A DNA stretch of 64,000 bases, taken from the NCBI GenBank assembly GCA_964658305.1, contig OZ210885.1, positions 25,358,001-25,422,000 of the forward strand, given 5' to 3'. The notes below the pieces were generated by a model. It saw only the letters and a list, made by a program, of their open reading frames with translations, was not told the DNA's origin and did no database searches. Shown piece by piece: positions 23,971 through 35,358 of the stretch (position 1 is the stretch's first letter; each line of letters opens with the position of its first letter). The stretch comes from Leptogorgia sarmentosa (taxonomy: Eukaryota). Both the position numbers and the translations under genes were made by a program.

Positions 23971-26900
23971 ATGGAAAATGTGGATAAAGTCAAGAATGTG
24001 CGACGAGCAGCTAAAGGTACATTGACGAGGGCGATTAATGCATATAAGGAGTTGATAAGTTCTGGCCGTCCAGTGAATGAAGTTAATGAAGTGTTTCAAG
24101 GTTTGAAAGGTGCTTATAAAGCTCTGGAGGTCAAGCATGACGAGTATACAATGTTGTTAGATGATACGGACTTTGATGAAGCAGAAGAATGGATGCAAGC
24201 CTGCAGTCGTGAGTATACAAGTTGTTCTATGATGTTTAATGATTATGTGAATGCCAATGTTACTAAGAATGAGGAGCACGATGTTTTGGAACAGTCCGAA
24301 GTTAATAATGAAGAAACGAATGAGGACAGTGAGAACCATGAAATTCAGGGTCACAGTGAAGAGTCCGATACACCCGAGGAAGAACTAAACATTAGCAATG
24401 TATCAAAGAGTGCCAAATCGCCCAGCCCCTTTTCATTAAAGCATGAAAAGCCGAAGTTGCCAAAGTTCGATGGTGATGTGAGGCAATACTTTATCTTCAA
24501 GTCAGATTTTCAGCATGCTGTAGAAGCTCACTACACTGAAAGGGACACACTCACAATTCTTCGGTCGTGTCTCGGTGCACAGCCTGCCAAACTAATTGAG
24601 GGAATAAGCTCAGATTTGAAAACAGCATGGAAATACCTTGACCAAAACTATGGCAATCCAAGAGTAGTCTCAGACACGGTTACATCAGACTTAGAAAAGT
24701 TCAAAGCTTTGGGTATCGGTGAAGATGATCGCTTCTGTAATTTGGTGAACTTAGTTCGAAGATCCTACAACATCCTGAAGGAGGTCAAGAGAAAGCAAGA
24801 TATTGACAACACCCATGTCATTTCCCTCATAGAAAGAAAAATGACGGTGGATGATCTACGAGTATGGGCCCGGCACCTCAACAGCCAAAAGCTTGAACCA
24901 TCGATGGAGAATTTGCTGGAATGGATGGAGGAGGAGATGGCAGCACGAATTCTTTCCGGAGCTGCAATCAGAAAGAGTGGCTCAACTCGGCCAAAGGTGA
25001 ACGCTTTTGGCTCAAGGGATCCAAATTTTGGGGACACCAGGTCCAAAAGGTGTTATGTTTGCCAAGAAGACCATTATGTGGATGGATGCAAAAGGTTTAT
25101 AGAGATGAACCCCAGCGAAAGATGGAAAATTGTTAAGGAAAGAAGAGCATGTTTCTCTTGTTTGAAGAGAAGCAAGGATCATACGGTTGCTAACTGTACT
25201 CGAAAGAAGGAATGCAGTCAGACCGATACAAATGGTGTCTCATGTAAGAAGTACCACCACAAGCTCCTACACAGCAACAACGTTGAAGAACGACCATCTT
25301 CTCGCGTCCATTTCACCCAAGAAAATAGCAGTACCACCATATTGCCAATGGTAACCGGTTTCGTCAGCGGAAAGCACGGTGGTTTATCGGAAGCTAGCGT
25401 ATTCTACGACAGTGGTGCACAGATAAGTATGATCCGGAGATCATATGCAGAGTCGTTGGCGTTAGAAAGCAAGCCCATTAGTATCGTGATTACCAAGGTC
25501 GGAGGAACGGAGGAAGAGTTGACGACAAAGCTGTACAAGGTACCCGTACATAATTGCGAAGGTAAACGAGTCCAAGTCGTACAAGCTGTTGGTATAGAAC
25601 AGATTTCCGAGGATAGTCCTATTGAAAACGTAGATGCGATCTCAAGAACCCTAGATATTCCAGTTGATGCAGTCAAATGTAAGGCTGGTCCGGTAGATCT
25701 CCTAATTGGTGTAAACTATCCTCAATTCCATGCAGAAACAGAATCAATGGGAGTTTCGTCACCAGCATGTAAATGTCCGCAAGTTAAAATGTCGTTGCAA
25801 GAACAACGGGAATTGAAGATGATCGAGGAGTCGTGCGAACTCGCAGGAAAAAGATGGATCATGAACTATCCCTGGAAGAAGAACCCCGAACAATTGCCCA
25901 ACAATTACTCTCAAGTTCTAAAGAAATTGGAAAGCACGGAACGACGTCTGAACAAAGTACCTGAGCATGCCAAAAATTATGACGCACAAATGAAAGAAAT
26001 GGAAGATCGAAAGTTTTCACGAAAGGTGACCAAAGAAGAAATTGCGGAATGGAACAAGCCCGTCCATTATGTGTCTCATCATGCCGTAGTGCGACCAGAA
26101 AAAAAATCTACCCCAGTACGTATCGTTTTTAATAGTTCTGCAGCGTTCAAAGGCCACTGTTTGAATGATTATTGGTACAAGGGTCCGGACTTGCTCAACA
26201 GCCTGTTTGGTGTCATACTACGATTTCGGGAGAATGCAGTCGCTGTCGCAGGGGATATAGCGAAAATGTACCACATGGTTTCCATCCCACCCACCGACCA
26301 ACATGTCCACAGATTTCTTTTGCGGAATCTCGAAACGGAACGCGAGCCAGACACATACGTGAAAACAGTCCTCACATTCGGAGACCGACCTTCTCCTGCC
26401 ATGGCCACCGTTGCCTTGCGGAAAACTGCTGAGCTGAAGGAAGAAACAAAGCCGAAAGCTGCCAACGCCATCAAGAACAACACGTACGTCGATGACATCT
26501 GTGATTCTCAAACAGTGTCGAAGCAGCAAAGAAACTGACGAGCGATATTGACGAAGTGCTTGATGCCGGCGGATTTCATATCAAAGAGTGGATCTCGAAC
26601 GCACCGCTGAACGACGAAAGGCAGAAAGAAGAAGTAGTGCTTGGCCGGGATCCAGTAGAAGAAACCCAGAAGGTTCTTGGAACAGTCTGGCATCCTCAAG
26701 AAGACAAATTCTCATTCAAAGTGAACCTGGGAGACACGGATGGCACGAAGTTGACGAAGCGTATGATCCTGAGTAAGCTGTCTGGAATATTTGATCCTAT
26801 TGGAGGTGGAGTTGCTGTTCTAATCAAGTCGAAGATAGCAATGCAAGAGCTGTGGCAGCGAGGTTTAGGTAGGGATGACGACGTCCCATCAGATATTAGA

Positions 26901-29015
26901 ATGAAATGGACGGCATTGTTCAATGAAATGTCTGCATTAAATCAAGTCCAATTCGAACGATGTCTGACACCACTGAATGTAGCAAGCGATCCATGGTTAG
27001 TCATATTTTGCGATGCGTCTCGGTTAGCGTTTGGTGCTTGTGCGTATATCAGGTGGCAACTCAACAACGGGGAATTCAGTGTTAGATTCGTGGCAGATAA
27101 ATCTCGCGTGGCGCCGCTGAAAGAGCTCACGATTCCTCGACTCGAATTACAGTCTGCCGTTTTAGCAAGTCGTTTAGCCAAAACCATTCTCGAAGAAACA
27201 CGTCTGAAGATTGTACGAACTATCTTCTTCTCGGACAGTCGTGTCGTAATTGCATGGATCCAGGGTCAGCCGAGATCTTACAAGCCTTTCGTGTCCTGTC
27301 GAATAAGTGAGATTCAGTCAAATTCGGATCCAGGCGACTGGTTTCATTGTCCTACAAAAGCCAATGTGGCAGATGACTTGACTAAAGGTATCTCAGCGAG
27401 TGAAGTTAATGGCAGATAGTTTAACGGACCAGAGTTCCTACGGCTACCCGAAGATCAATGGCCTACAGAAACTGGTTTACCTGACAAAAAAGAAGTAGAA
27501 AGAGAAAGAAGACAAGTCCAAATTGCATGCCCTGTCGCTGTCTGTAGTCCAGTGTTGGATGTCAAAAGAATCTCGACGTGGAAACGAGTAATAAGAGTTA
27601 CGAGTTATGTCAGAAGATTTGTCCAGAATTTGCAGATCAAGTGTACTCGAAGCGAGGAAAATCGCCAGCCAGAACGAGGCCCCCTCACTCGGCAAGAACT
27701 GGAGTCGGGGGAAGAATACTGGATAAAGCAGATGCAGTCAAGCATCCTAACAAGATTAAAAAAGGGTGATTTCAAAGCTCTTTCCCCCTACACTGACGAC
27801 AAAGGTATTCTAAGAGTTGGAGGTCGCGTCGACACATCACTGGTATCTTATGACAACAGAAACCCTGCGCTCCTACCATATGGTCACTACCTGTCCACCC
27901 TCATCGTACGTGACGTCCATGACGTTAGTCATTCAGGCATTGTGGCGACAATCGCGAAAGTCTGTGTAAAGTATTGGATACTCAAGGCACACAAGATTGC
28001 TAAGGTTATCAAACAACGATGCGTCAAGTGTCGAAGAATTGCAGCCAAAGCTGAAACCCAACTTATGGCTGTGTTCCCACCATGCCGTTTACAGCCACAT
28101 ACGCCGCCGTTCCTGTATTCTTCAATGGACTACTTTGGACCCATCAAAGTGAAAGTGGGCAGAAATAAAACTGTTAAACACTATGGTGTAGTATTCACAT
28201 GTCTAAACACCAGAGCGATTCATTGTGAACTTGCAGTCGATGCCAGCGCAATGGAGCTTCTACAAGTCCTGAGAAGATTCTTTTCGTATCGTGGCTTTCC
28301 GAAACTTCTTCTGTCTGATAATGGTACGCAAATGGTGGGAGCGGATAACGAACTGAAACTCATGATTCAAGGATGGGACGAAAGACAGCTAAAGGAATTT
28401 TGCGCAAACCGTCAGATTGAATGGAAGTTCATCACTCCCTTAGCTCCGCATCAGAACGGATGCTCCGAAGCAATGGTAAAGAGTATAAAGTACGCTCTGA
28501 AGAAAGCAATTGGCGACGCCGTACTAACACCGTTTGAGTTGTATACATGCCTATTTGAAGTCACGAACTTAGTCAATCAATGGCCAATAGGAAGAGTGCC
28601 AACAGATCCGGACGATGGAAGCTACCTGTGTCCAAACGATATCCTGTTGGGCAGAGCCACTAATACTATCCCTCAAGGCCTGTTCAGAGAAACCCGAAAC
28701 CCGCGCCACCGCTTTGAGTTTTGCCAGAAAATTGTTGATGCCTTTTGGAAGAAATGGTCGAGGGATGTTTTGCCACAGCTTACCCCAAGGAGAAAATGGA
28801 ACACCCAGCGTCGAAATGTGAAGGTTAACGACTTCGTTATTGTGTCAGACTCAAACGCCGTACGGGGCAAATGGAACACCGGAAGGATCGTAGAAGTTTT
28901 CCCAGGAGATGACAACTTAGTGAGAAATGTGAAAGTGAGAACGGCTACGGGAACCTACAGCCGCCCAATCAGCAAGATCTGTGTCATTTACCCGGCAGAA
29001 GGCTATGACGATTGA
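23971..29015 (+). pseudogene. BEL/Pao gag-pol polyprotein, broken into three ORFs
   Basis: LPKFDGD (DUF1759-like), three Cys/His knuckles, YDSGAQ protease, GDIAKMY..TYVDD RT, FCDAS..TIPRLEL Pao RNase H, and MDYFGP..SDNGTQ..NGCSE integrase. Frameshift near 26520, TAG at 27417-27419 and another frameshift before 27552. Confidence 0.92.
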
Positions 29016-29055
29016 CAATGTAGATAAATGGGAATTCTCCCATTGTGGCGGGGAA

Positions 29056-29418
29056 TGGTTTAATGTAAATAGTTGTACTTTATGTTAGCGTGCTATAAGG
29101 ACCGAAGTTCGAAAAGCCCACTGGGACAGAAGCACATGGAATATTTAGTTTTGGTTTATGCATGGTTCGTCGAAGAATATAGGTTAAATGTTAATGTTAT
29201 TTAGTCTTGAACGCTCATGGGACGGTGAAAATTCGTTCGGAACAGATGTGAGTTAAGTCAGTCTCTTTCAAATGTTTTTATACCAATAATTTTGCATGCT
29301 ACATAATTAACAATCCGTATATTTGTATTACAGTTTCAGATTGTTTGCTTAATAAATACTGAAATTCCAAGCGTTTTCCTGTCTACTCATCTATGACACT
29401 TCTAACCACATCGGTCCA
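29056..29418 (+). repeat. BEL 3' LTR
   Basis: TGG...CCA ends, follows GGCGGGGAA, and matches the 5' LTR. Confidence 0.9.
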
Positions 29419-31478
29419 TCTGACTTTGGTTGCACCTGATAACAATTAACCCTATGGTACAAGAATTTTAGTGCTAAATACACTGATAATCTAAATATCT
29501 ACTGTAGCCAAAGTCTGTTGATATAATTTGAATTATTTCCCAAATTATTTTTGTTCTGTATCAATTGTATTTGGATGTAATTAATTTTCATATCTAAAAA
29601 TACCTTATCAGTTTATGGTTTCCATCAATATGCCACAAACTTAGGGGGCTGTGAACTTTATATTTTCTCCTCCTTACAGCTTTGGCCCAACGGTCCATCA
29701 TACCAATGGGATCAGTCCTTATTAATGAATCCCTTATCCTGTCATGTTGCACCCGATGTCCTTTGCCCATAAGAAAGCCCTTTGTCAAGCGAATGCCAAG
29801 TTAGGATTCCTATTCTGTGCTTCCCTTACAAGTAGATCAAGCTGCTCATTACTAATGATGCTATAAGTAGCTGTAAAATTCAAGGGGGAAAATATATAAA
29901 TTATGGAAAAAACATAAATTAATTAGTGAAAATTATAGCAATAATTTGTGTGTAAAATATTTTAAAAACTAGGGAAACAATGCATTAAATTATAACAAAA
30001 TATTAAAATGGATAGTTGGTGTACATCATCACTGATATACAGTGACATAGTTGTGTTGTGTGCCATTTTCCACATATAATTGTGATATAATATTATGTAC
30101 TGGTACTTTAGCACATGTAGATTTATTAATCTACAGAACTGGACGAATAGACAATATTTTGTGGAAAATGGTTTATACATAACTTACCAGTAACACTTAA
30201 GCCAAATGATTGCATCCTACGTTCCAATGTTCTTTTGCCAACCCCCAACATGTTGCTCATTTCATTCACATTAAAAGCCTGCTCCAACAAAAAGTTTACT
30301 TGCTCTTCATTTATATCAAACGAAGGTTTTCCATGCCTGCCAGTATATATTTTTCTCTTTTTCTTTATATATATTTTTTCTGGAGGCAGGGGCGGATCAA
30401 GCTTGCGCGGGGCCCCTGGCACAAAGGTCACTGGGGCACTTGGCTGATTCCCCCCCCCCCCCGAAAAAGACTATGCATATAAAGATATCAGAGAAATTTT
30501 ATAACCAAAATAGTACTATTTACAAACAACGTTTCTGCAAAATATTTTACAAAAAAGGAACTTTTCGAGCCTTTGCAGAAGCAAAATCATTTGCCAGCTT
30601 TGAGAAGTCAAGCGAACGTAAAATGTCCGATTTCATACTCATCCGTGATAGAGCACTTAAGCGTGTTTGTCCCATCGTGCTACACGAAACGCTCTTTACG
30701 CGTTTTAGTTTCGAGAACGAGCGCTCCCCTGTGCAATTACTGACCGTCATGGTGAGATAGATCCTGAACGCAATTTCCACATTCGTGAAGGTTTCACTTA
30801 ATTCATTATTTTTGAGATTGAGGAACATCAATAGTTCAATGGACCTCTTCTTGTCTTCTTTTTACTTGACTCTGTGACGATTTCTATCGTCGACGTGGGA
30901 GTTACCGTCCCTAATTACACGAGACAGTAAAATGAAATATATCACAATAAACATAAAAGTTTAATACTATAACTACCTAAGTATAAATTAAATTGTCTAC
31001 AGTCGTTTCAACAAACCCGAGTTCACAGAGTGTACATCTTCTTTCTTCGGCTAGCCACAATACTTGCTTCCACGCGTAGTTTCTAACCCGAGACTCCTTG
31101 TTCAACGACAACCGTCAGGATTTCCTTCAGTAATTCTATTCAATTTCCAATTAATGGCCTCAGCAACTTTAACCTGGGCCAAGTTGGATAAATAACCCCG
31201 TCGCTTCTCTACTCCGACTTGTAATATAGTCTTCTCAATCTCTTTCGACAACGCCTTCAAGATTTCGTTCAGTAGTTTTACTCAGGGTTCGAGGTTAATT
31301 ACCTCAGCGACTATTTACGCTTCGTCACCTTTACTCAGTAATAACAACTTTACTTTTATTATTAGTCTTCTCGAGAGGAGTTACACTCTAACACTGCGTG
31401 ACCGAGTGTAAAGCATTTTATGTCTAAACTACATGATTAAATACACAGAACAACTATTAGGAGGCGGGCATCTCGTGT

Positions 31479-32735
31479 TTATGCCCGCCTTCTTCGACGC
31501 ACCAAGAAAGCTGAGTCGTGCTGCAAAGTATTTTTATTGTCACTTAAACAAATATACATCAACAATATCCAATTATCATGGAGGGCCTTCGATACTGACA
31601 ATAGGGAGTGCAAGTTATCTTTTACATAACCGTCCTTGGCTTTGTCCAATTTCCATCTCCCGTGACGTTTAAACAGGCGATCCCTAACGCCAGCGTTCGC
31701 TGCAGCCGTCGCACCACCGCTCCTTAGGCTATGTAGGCCGATATTCTTTACTGGATAACCAAGAGATGTAAAAGCTGCAAGAACTATCTCTCTGGCTCGA
31801 GAGTAAGAAAGCCCTGTGGAACGTAAAACGTACTTCTTTTTGGATTTACAGAAGTAAACCGACCTGAATAATGGTGCTGTAGAACTCAAGTCTATACTCG
31901 CTCCTTTAACATATCGAGACAGAATCGAAAAAGGACACGCCACATCCTTGGTTTCTGCCATCAGGACTGTATTCCCATGGTGATAAATGTCAGTCTTACT
32001 TTGCGTTATGCTCAAGGCGACAAAACGCTCGCCCTCAGCCGAAACGAAATTAACGTCGCAGCAACGCAAACTTGCCAGCTCATTAAAACGTAAGAATGCA
32101 TAGAAACCCACCACAAACAGTGCTGCAAGTCGCAGATCGGAAAGATTCGAATTTTCTGTCGCGTACTTTTCGCAAAGCTCGGTAAGCATCTGCAGGGTTA
32201 TTGGATCCTTCTTCCGAATTGGCTTTGCGAGTTTCCTTTTCGCAGCCTCCAACAAATTTCTTACGAACCCGGATCCGCACGGATTTGGGAACCCGTACAT
32301 GCTGTGTGCCCAATTTATACTGTAAAATGCGCTTTCCAGTTTTGAATAGGGACTGTTATTCTCAAGAAGATATTCTAGGTACAATCCTACGGTGCTTGAG
32401 TTTGCTGGTAACGCCGTTAACTGCCTGTATCTGGCTGTCCAAGTCTTAAACATCCCGAACCCTCTGGAATACTTAACGGTGCTGGGAACTTTAGCCTCAA
32501 TCAACCGCTTGGTCATATTGGCGGCAAGACACTGCAAATTTGCATCACACACATTTTTTGTCACGCTTGAAAGAAAAATTTTCCCCTGTAAATTTAAAAA
32601 TAAAAGAACAGTAAGCACGGCATTCAAAAGCTTAATCACGCTGGCAAATGAGCCTGTGCGTCTACAGCAAAATGAGCACTGGACTATTAAATTCGTCAGA
32701 ACCAAATAAGGACAACTTGTTGAGTCCGTGCTCAA
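31479..32735 (-). CDS. Tyrosine recombinase (true start probably near 32590-32520)
   Basis: Catalytic set present: FLRFNE (R), QSKTD (K), LHSLRSGGAT (HxxR), HGRW, DGY (Y). Confidence 0.9.
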   Translation of the reverse strand: MSTDSTSCPYLVLTNLIVQCSFCCRRTGSFASVIKLLNAVLTVLLFLNLQGKIFLSSVTKNVCDANLQCLAANMTKRLIEAKVPSTVKYSRGFGMFKTWTARYRQLTALPANSSTVGLYLEYLLENNSPYSKLESAFYSINWAHSMYGFPNPCGSGFVRNLLEAAKRKLAKPIRKKDPITLQMLTELCEKYATENSNLSDLRLAALFVVGFYAFLRFNELASLRCCDVNFVSAEGERFVALSITQSKTDIYHHGNTVLMAETKDVACPFSILSRYVKGASIDLSSTAPLFRSVYFCKSKKKYVLRSTGLSYSRAREIVLAAFTSLGYPVKNIGLHSLRSGGATAAANAGVRDRLFKRHGRWKLDKAKDGYVKDNLHSLLSVSKALHDNWILLMYICLSDNKNTLQHDSAFLVRRRRRA

Positions 32736-34551
32736 ACACGTCCTTCCCGTCTTCTATATAAACATAGTCTGCTACGAAATCCCGAAAATTCCCGTCGCTG
32801 GTGGTAAGAAAAGGCCAAAATACGGCTGAAGGCCAGAATGGTACAGTCAACATGGCACGACACCCGGAGAAGCAAACATGCTTCACAGCCTTTGGGATTA
32901 ATTTTATGGGAGGAACCAGCCAACAAAATTCACCAAACCAGTTATAAGCAAAACAGTCAGTCCCTAATGAAAAAGGGGTAAACCATTTTGAATAAAATCT
33001 CCTTGTTTTGGCATTCTGACCGCTAGCGAGACAATCGATCGAACAGATGCCCCACTGGGCCTGAGCTAATTGGAAGTATTTTCCTTTAACGCACCAGTCG
33101 TCAGGATCTATGATCTTACTAAGATAATCCGCTGTGTCGTTAAGATCCCGTGGGATCCATTCAATATCAACCTCAATGTTATTATCTTTAGCGTGATAAA
33201 AAATATCCAGCGCGAGCTGATGCAAAGGTAATTTCATGCTGCCCGAATTAACGATCGACACAACAGCTTGGTTGTCGGTATACCATTTCACGCTATGGTT
33301 TCGTAAACTGGGAGCAAGGCTCCTTAACGCGTCTCTAATACACAACAGTTCTCTCCAGGTGGAGCTTTGTTTCCTTTCCAACTCATTCCAATTCCTGTGA
33401 AAAACTGGGGCATCGTCTAGGGATATAAATGCGGCGCAACCTGTGTCGCTTGCATCTGAGCACATGACCCGTGTGAATAAGGAGGGTGTCGGTTGTAGGG
33501 CACGAGAGTTTAGTTTTCCAGCAGAATTTTCCCAGAATGTGAGTTCCCTAATCGATTCCGCATTTAATGTCAAAAACGAATCCCAACTGCGTCTGGAATT
33601 AATCTGGGCATGGAGGGATCTGGTCATAAGTTTGCATGTCACACCAAACACCGTTAAGTTCGAGATAATTAAGCCCGTCACTGAAGCCAGCTGCCTGGCT
33701 TTCACCCTCCGCAGGGCTAGCGTTTTCGTAACAGTCTCTGACACTTTGAGGATTTTACTCAGGGGAACTGAAAGGGTCTGCAATTTTAAATTCCAGTCTA
33801 AACCAAGCCAAGTTAAACATTGAGTGGGAATCCAATTACACTTCTCTACACTGGCGACAAAGCCACTACTTTCGATATCGGCTCTCACACGGGATGCTTG
33901 CGTCAAACAAGACGAAAACGACTGCGAAGCGCCTAAACCGTCATCCAAATACACTACTATTTTGTATGCCATAGCTCGCCAGTGCCTAACCAATGGTCTC
34001 ACCACTTTGGTAAAAATGTAAGGAGCAGTGGCTAAGCCGAAAGGCAATACGGTGAATTTGTAATATTTGATGCCGCTTTTCACCTCCCATGAAAAACCTA
34101 AGAACTGCTGATCAGCCGGGAAAATATCGATATGATGATAAGCTGACTTAATGTCAAATGAAAACAAAAAATTTTGTTGGCTGTCTTGTAATGTAGTTAT
34201 CATTTCCTGTACCCCCTCGAATCGAAACTTAATTTTTTTCAGGAAACTGTTTGGGTAACGAAGATCTAAAATCAGCCTCTTCTTGCCGGATGACTGAATG
34301 GCGACCGATAAGGGGTTCACCACCGTGGGTGGTGACGAGCACTGCGCAATCGCTCCGGCTATAAATAGGTCTCTTACCGCGCTGTCCACAAACACACGAT
34401 TTTCAAAGGCTGATCTATTATTCCGAAAACACATCTGTGGTGGCGTAGTAAGGAGAGGAATGATATACCCTCTCGAAATGGTATCAACGACGAACTGGGA
34501 GGCGCCAATGTCCTTCCAGAACTGTACATGAGCGCGTAATCGCCCTTTCAC
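32662..34551 (-). CDS. Reverse transcriptase / RNase H / adenine-methyltransferase-like polyprotein
   Basis: RLILDLR, FDIKSAYHH, LPFGLATAP, YLDD; SDASDTG, STWREL, YTDNQ, ADYLS; C-terminal IDCLAS..NAK..RFYS..DCF..NW..WLVPP..VPFWPS. Uninterrupted 629-aa ORF. Confidence 0.93.
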   Translation of the reverse strand: MKGRLRAHVQFWKDIGASQFVVDTISRGYIIPLLTTPPQMCFRNNRSAFENRVFVDSAVRDLFIAGAIAQCSSPPTVVNPLSVAIQSSGKKRLILDLRYPNSFLKKIKFRFEGVQEMITTLQDSQQNFLFSFDIKSAYHHIDIFPADQQFLGFSWEVKSGIKYYKFTVLPFGLATAPYIFTKVVRPLVRHWRAMAYKIVVYLDDGLGASQSFSSCLTQASRVRADIESSGFVASVEKCNWIPTQCLTWLGLDWNLKLQTLSVPLSKILKVSETVTKTLALRRVKARQLASVTGLIISNLTVFGVTCKLMTRSLHAQINSRRSWDSFLTLNAESIRELTFWENSAGKLNSRALQPTPSLFTRVMCSDASDTGCAAFISLDDAPVFHRNWNELERKQSSTWRELLCIRDALRSLAPSLRNHSVKWYTDNQAVVSIVNSGSMKLPLHQLALDIFYHAKDNNIEVDIEWIPRDLNDTADYLSKIIDPDDWCVKGKYFQLAQAQWGICSIDCLASGQNAKTRRFYSKWFTPFSLGTDCFAYNWFGEFCWLVPPIKLIPKAVKHVCFSGCRAMLTVPFWPSAVFWPFLTTSDGNFRDFVADYVYIEDGKDVFEHGLNKLSLFGSDEFNSPVLILL

Positions 34552-34639
34552 GCTTGGGCACTCTGAGCTCTCTACATATGAGAGTAAGAGCTTTCTATAG
34601 CATGCTCGGCAGTCTCTACGTTATCAGATAAAACACACA

Positions 34640-35358
34640 AATTTGAATACTTATCTTCAGTCATCCTGGTGGCCGCAGCTATATGCTTCGGATTCATAGA
34701 GAAATCAGTTCTGCGAGGCAGGTGTGCACGAACTGCCGTGTGTCGCTACCCCGTCTGTTGGAGCAGATAGCTGAACTGGCCCGGTGGCCGTTCAAACCAC
34801 AGCTGAAGCATTTGCTCTTAACTTCTTTTCGTCATCTGAATCCTCTGCGAGGTCATCGGACTGATATTCGTCTACGGCTGACCAGCCTGCAGGGCTTTTG
34901 TCGGCAAATCTGATCAGCTTGTTTCTCTTCTCTACCAGCGACTTCTGCGTTTCTATCTCTTTTGTTGCTGCTGCCAAATCCCCTTTCAATATGTGCTTCA
35001 GTGTCGACTCCAAGCTGTCTATAGCCCCAACGTTGAATTCGTACTGTATCTTATTTCCCCTGAATTTGAAGGAACTGGCGGCTTTCGATTCCGTTTTCAG
35101 CTTCTTTATCCGAGAGGCGTTCGCATCATCTTTTTCTTCGATGCTACGCTTGAAACTGGCCAACTTGCGATCCAGTTTGCTGTCGAGAATCTGAGCGAAA
35201 TGCTCAAACAACTGTTCAGCATTGCCGCTTGCCGTCGCCATCGTATGTGAGGCAGCGGGTATTGGCTGACTGGTGATTTGGGCAGAAGCAGAGCTAGGAG
35301 TTGCGACCTCACTATCGCTCGCTAAAAGGAAACTTTCTTGGTCTAAATCCAACGCCAT
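34640..35358 (-). pseudogene. gag-like ORF1 of the DIRS-like element
   Basis: FKFRGNKIQYEFN, RNKLIRFADKSPAGWSAVDEYQSDDLAEDSDDEKKL, followed after a frameshift by the knuckle CFSCGLNGHRASSAIC. Confidence 0.8.

Larger units (their letters stand above)
23559..29418 (+). mobile_element. BEL/Pao LTR retrotransposon, near full length
   Basis: Direct LTRs, a purine-rich PPT-like tract before 29056, and gag-pol motifs in the order gag-PR-RT-RH-IN. Confidence 0.95.

Noticed and set aside
31479..32735. Phage integrase / prophage or bacterial contamination
   Set aside because: The recombinase is linked to gag and RT-RH in DIRS order, and the surrounding genes have spliceosomal introns.
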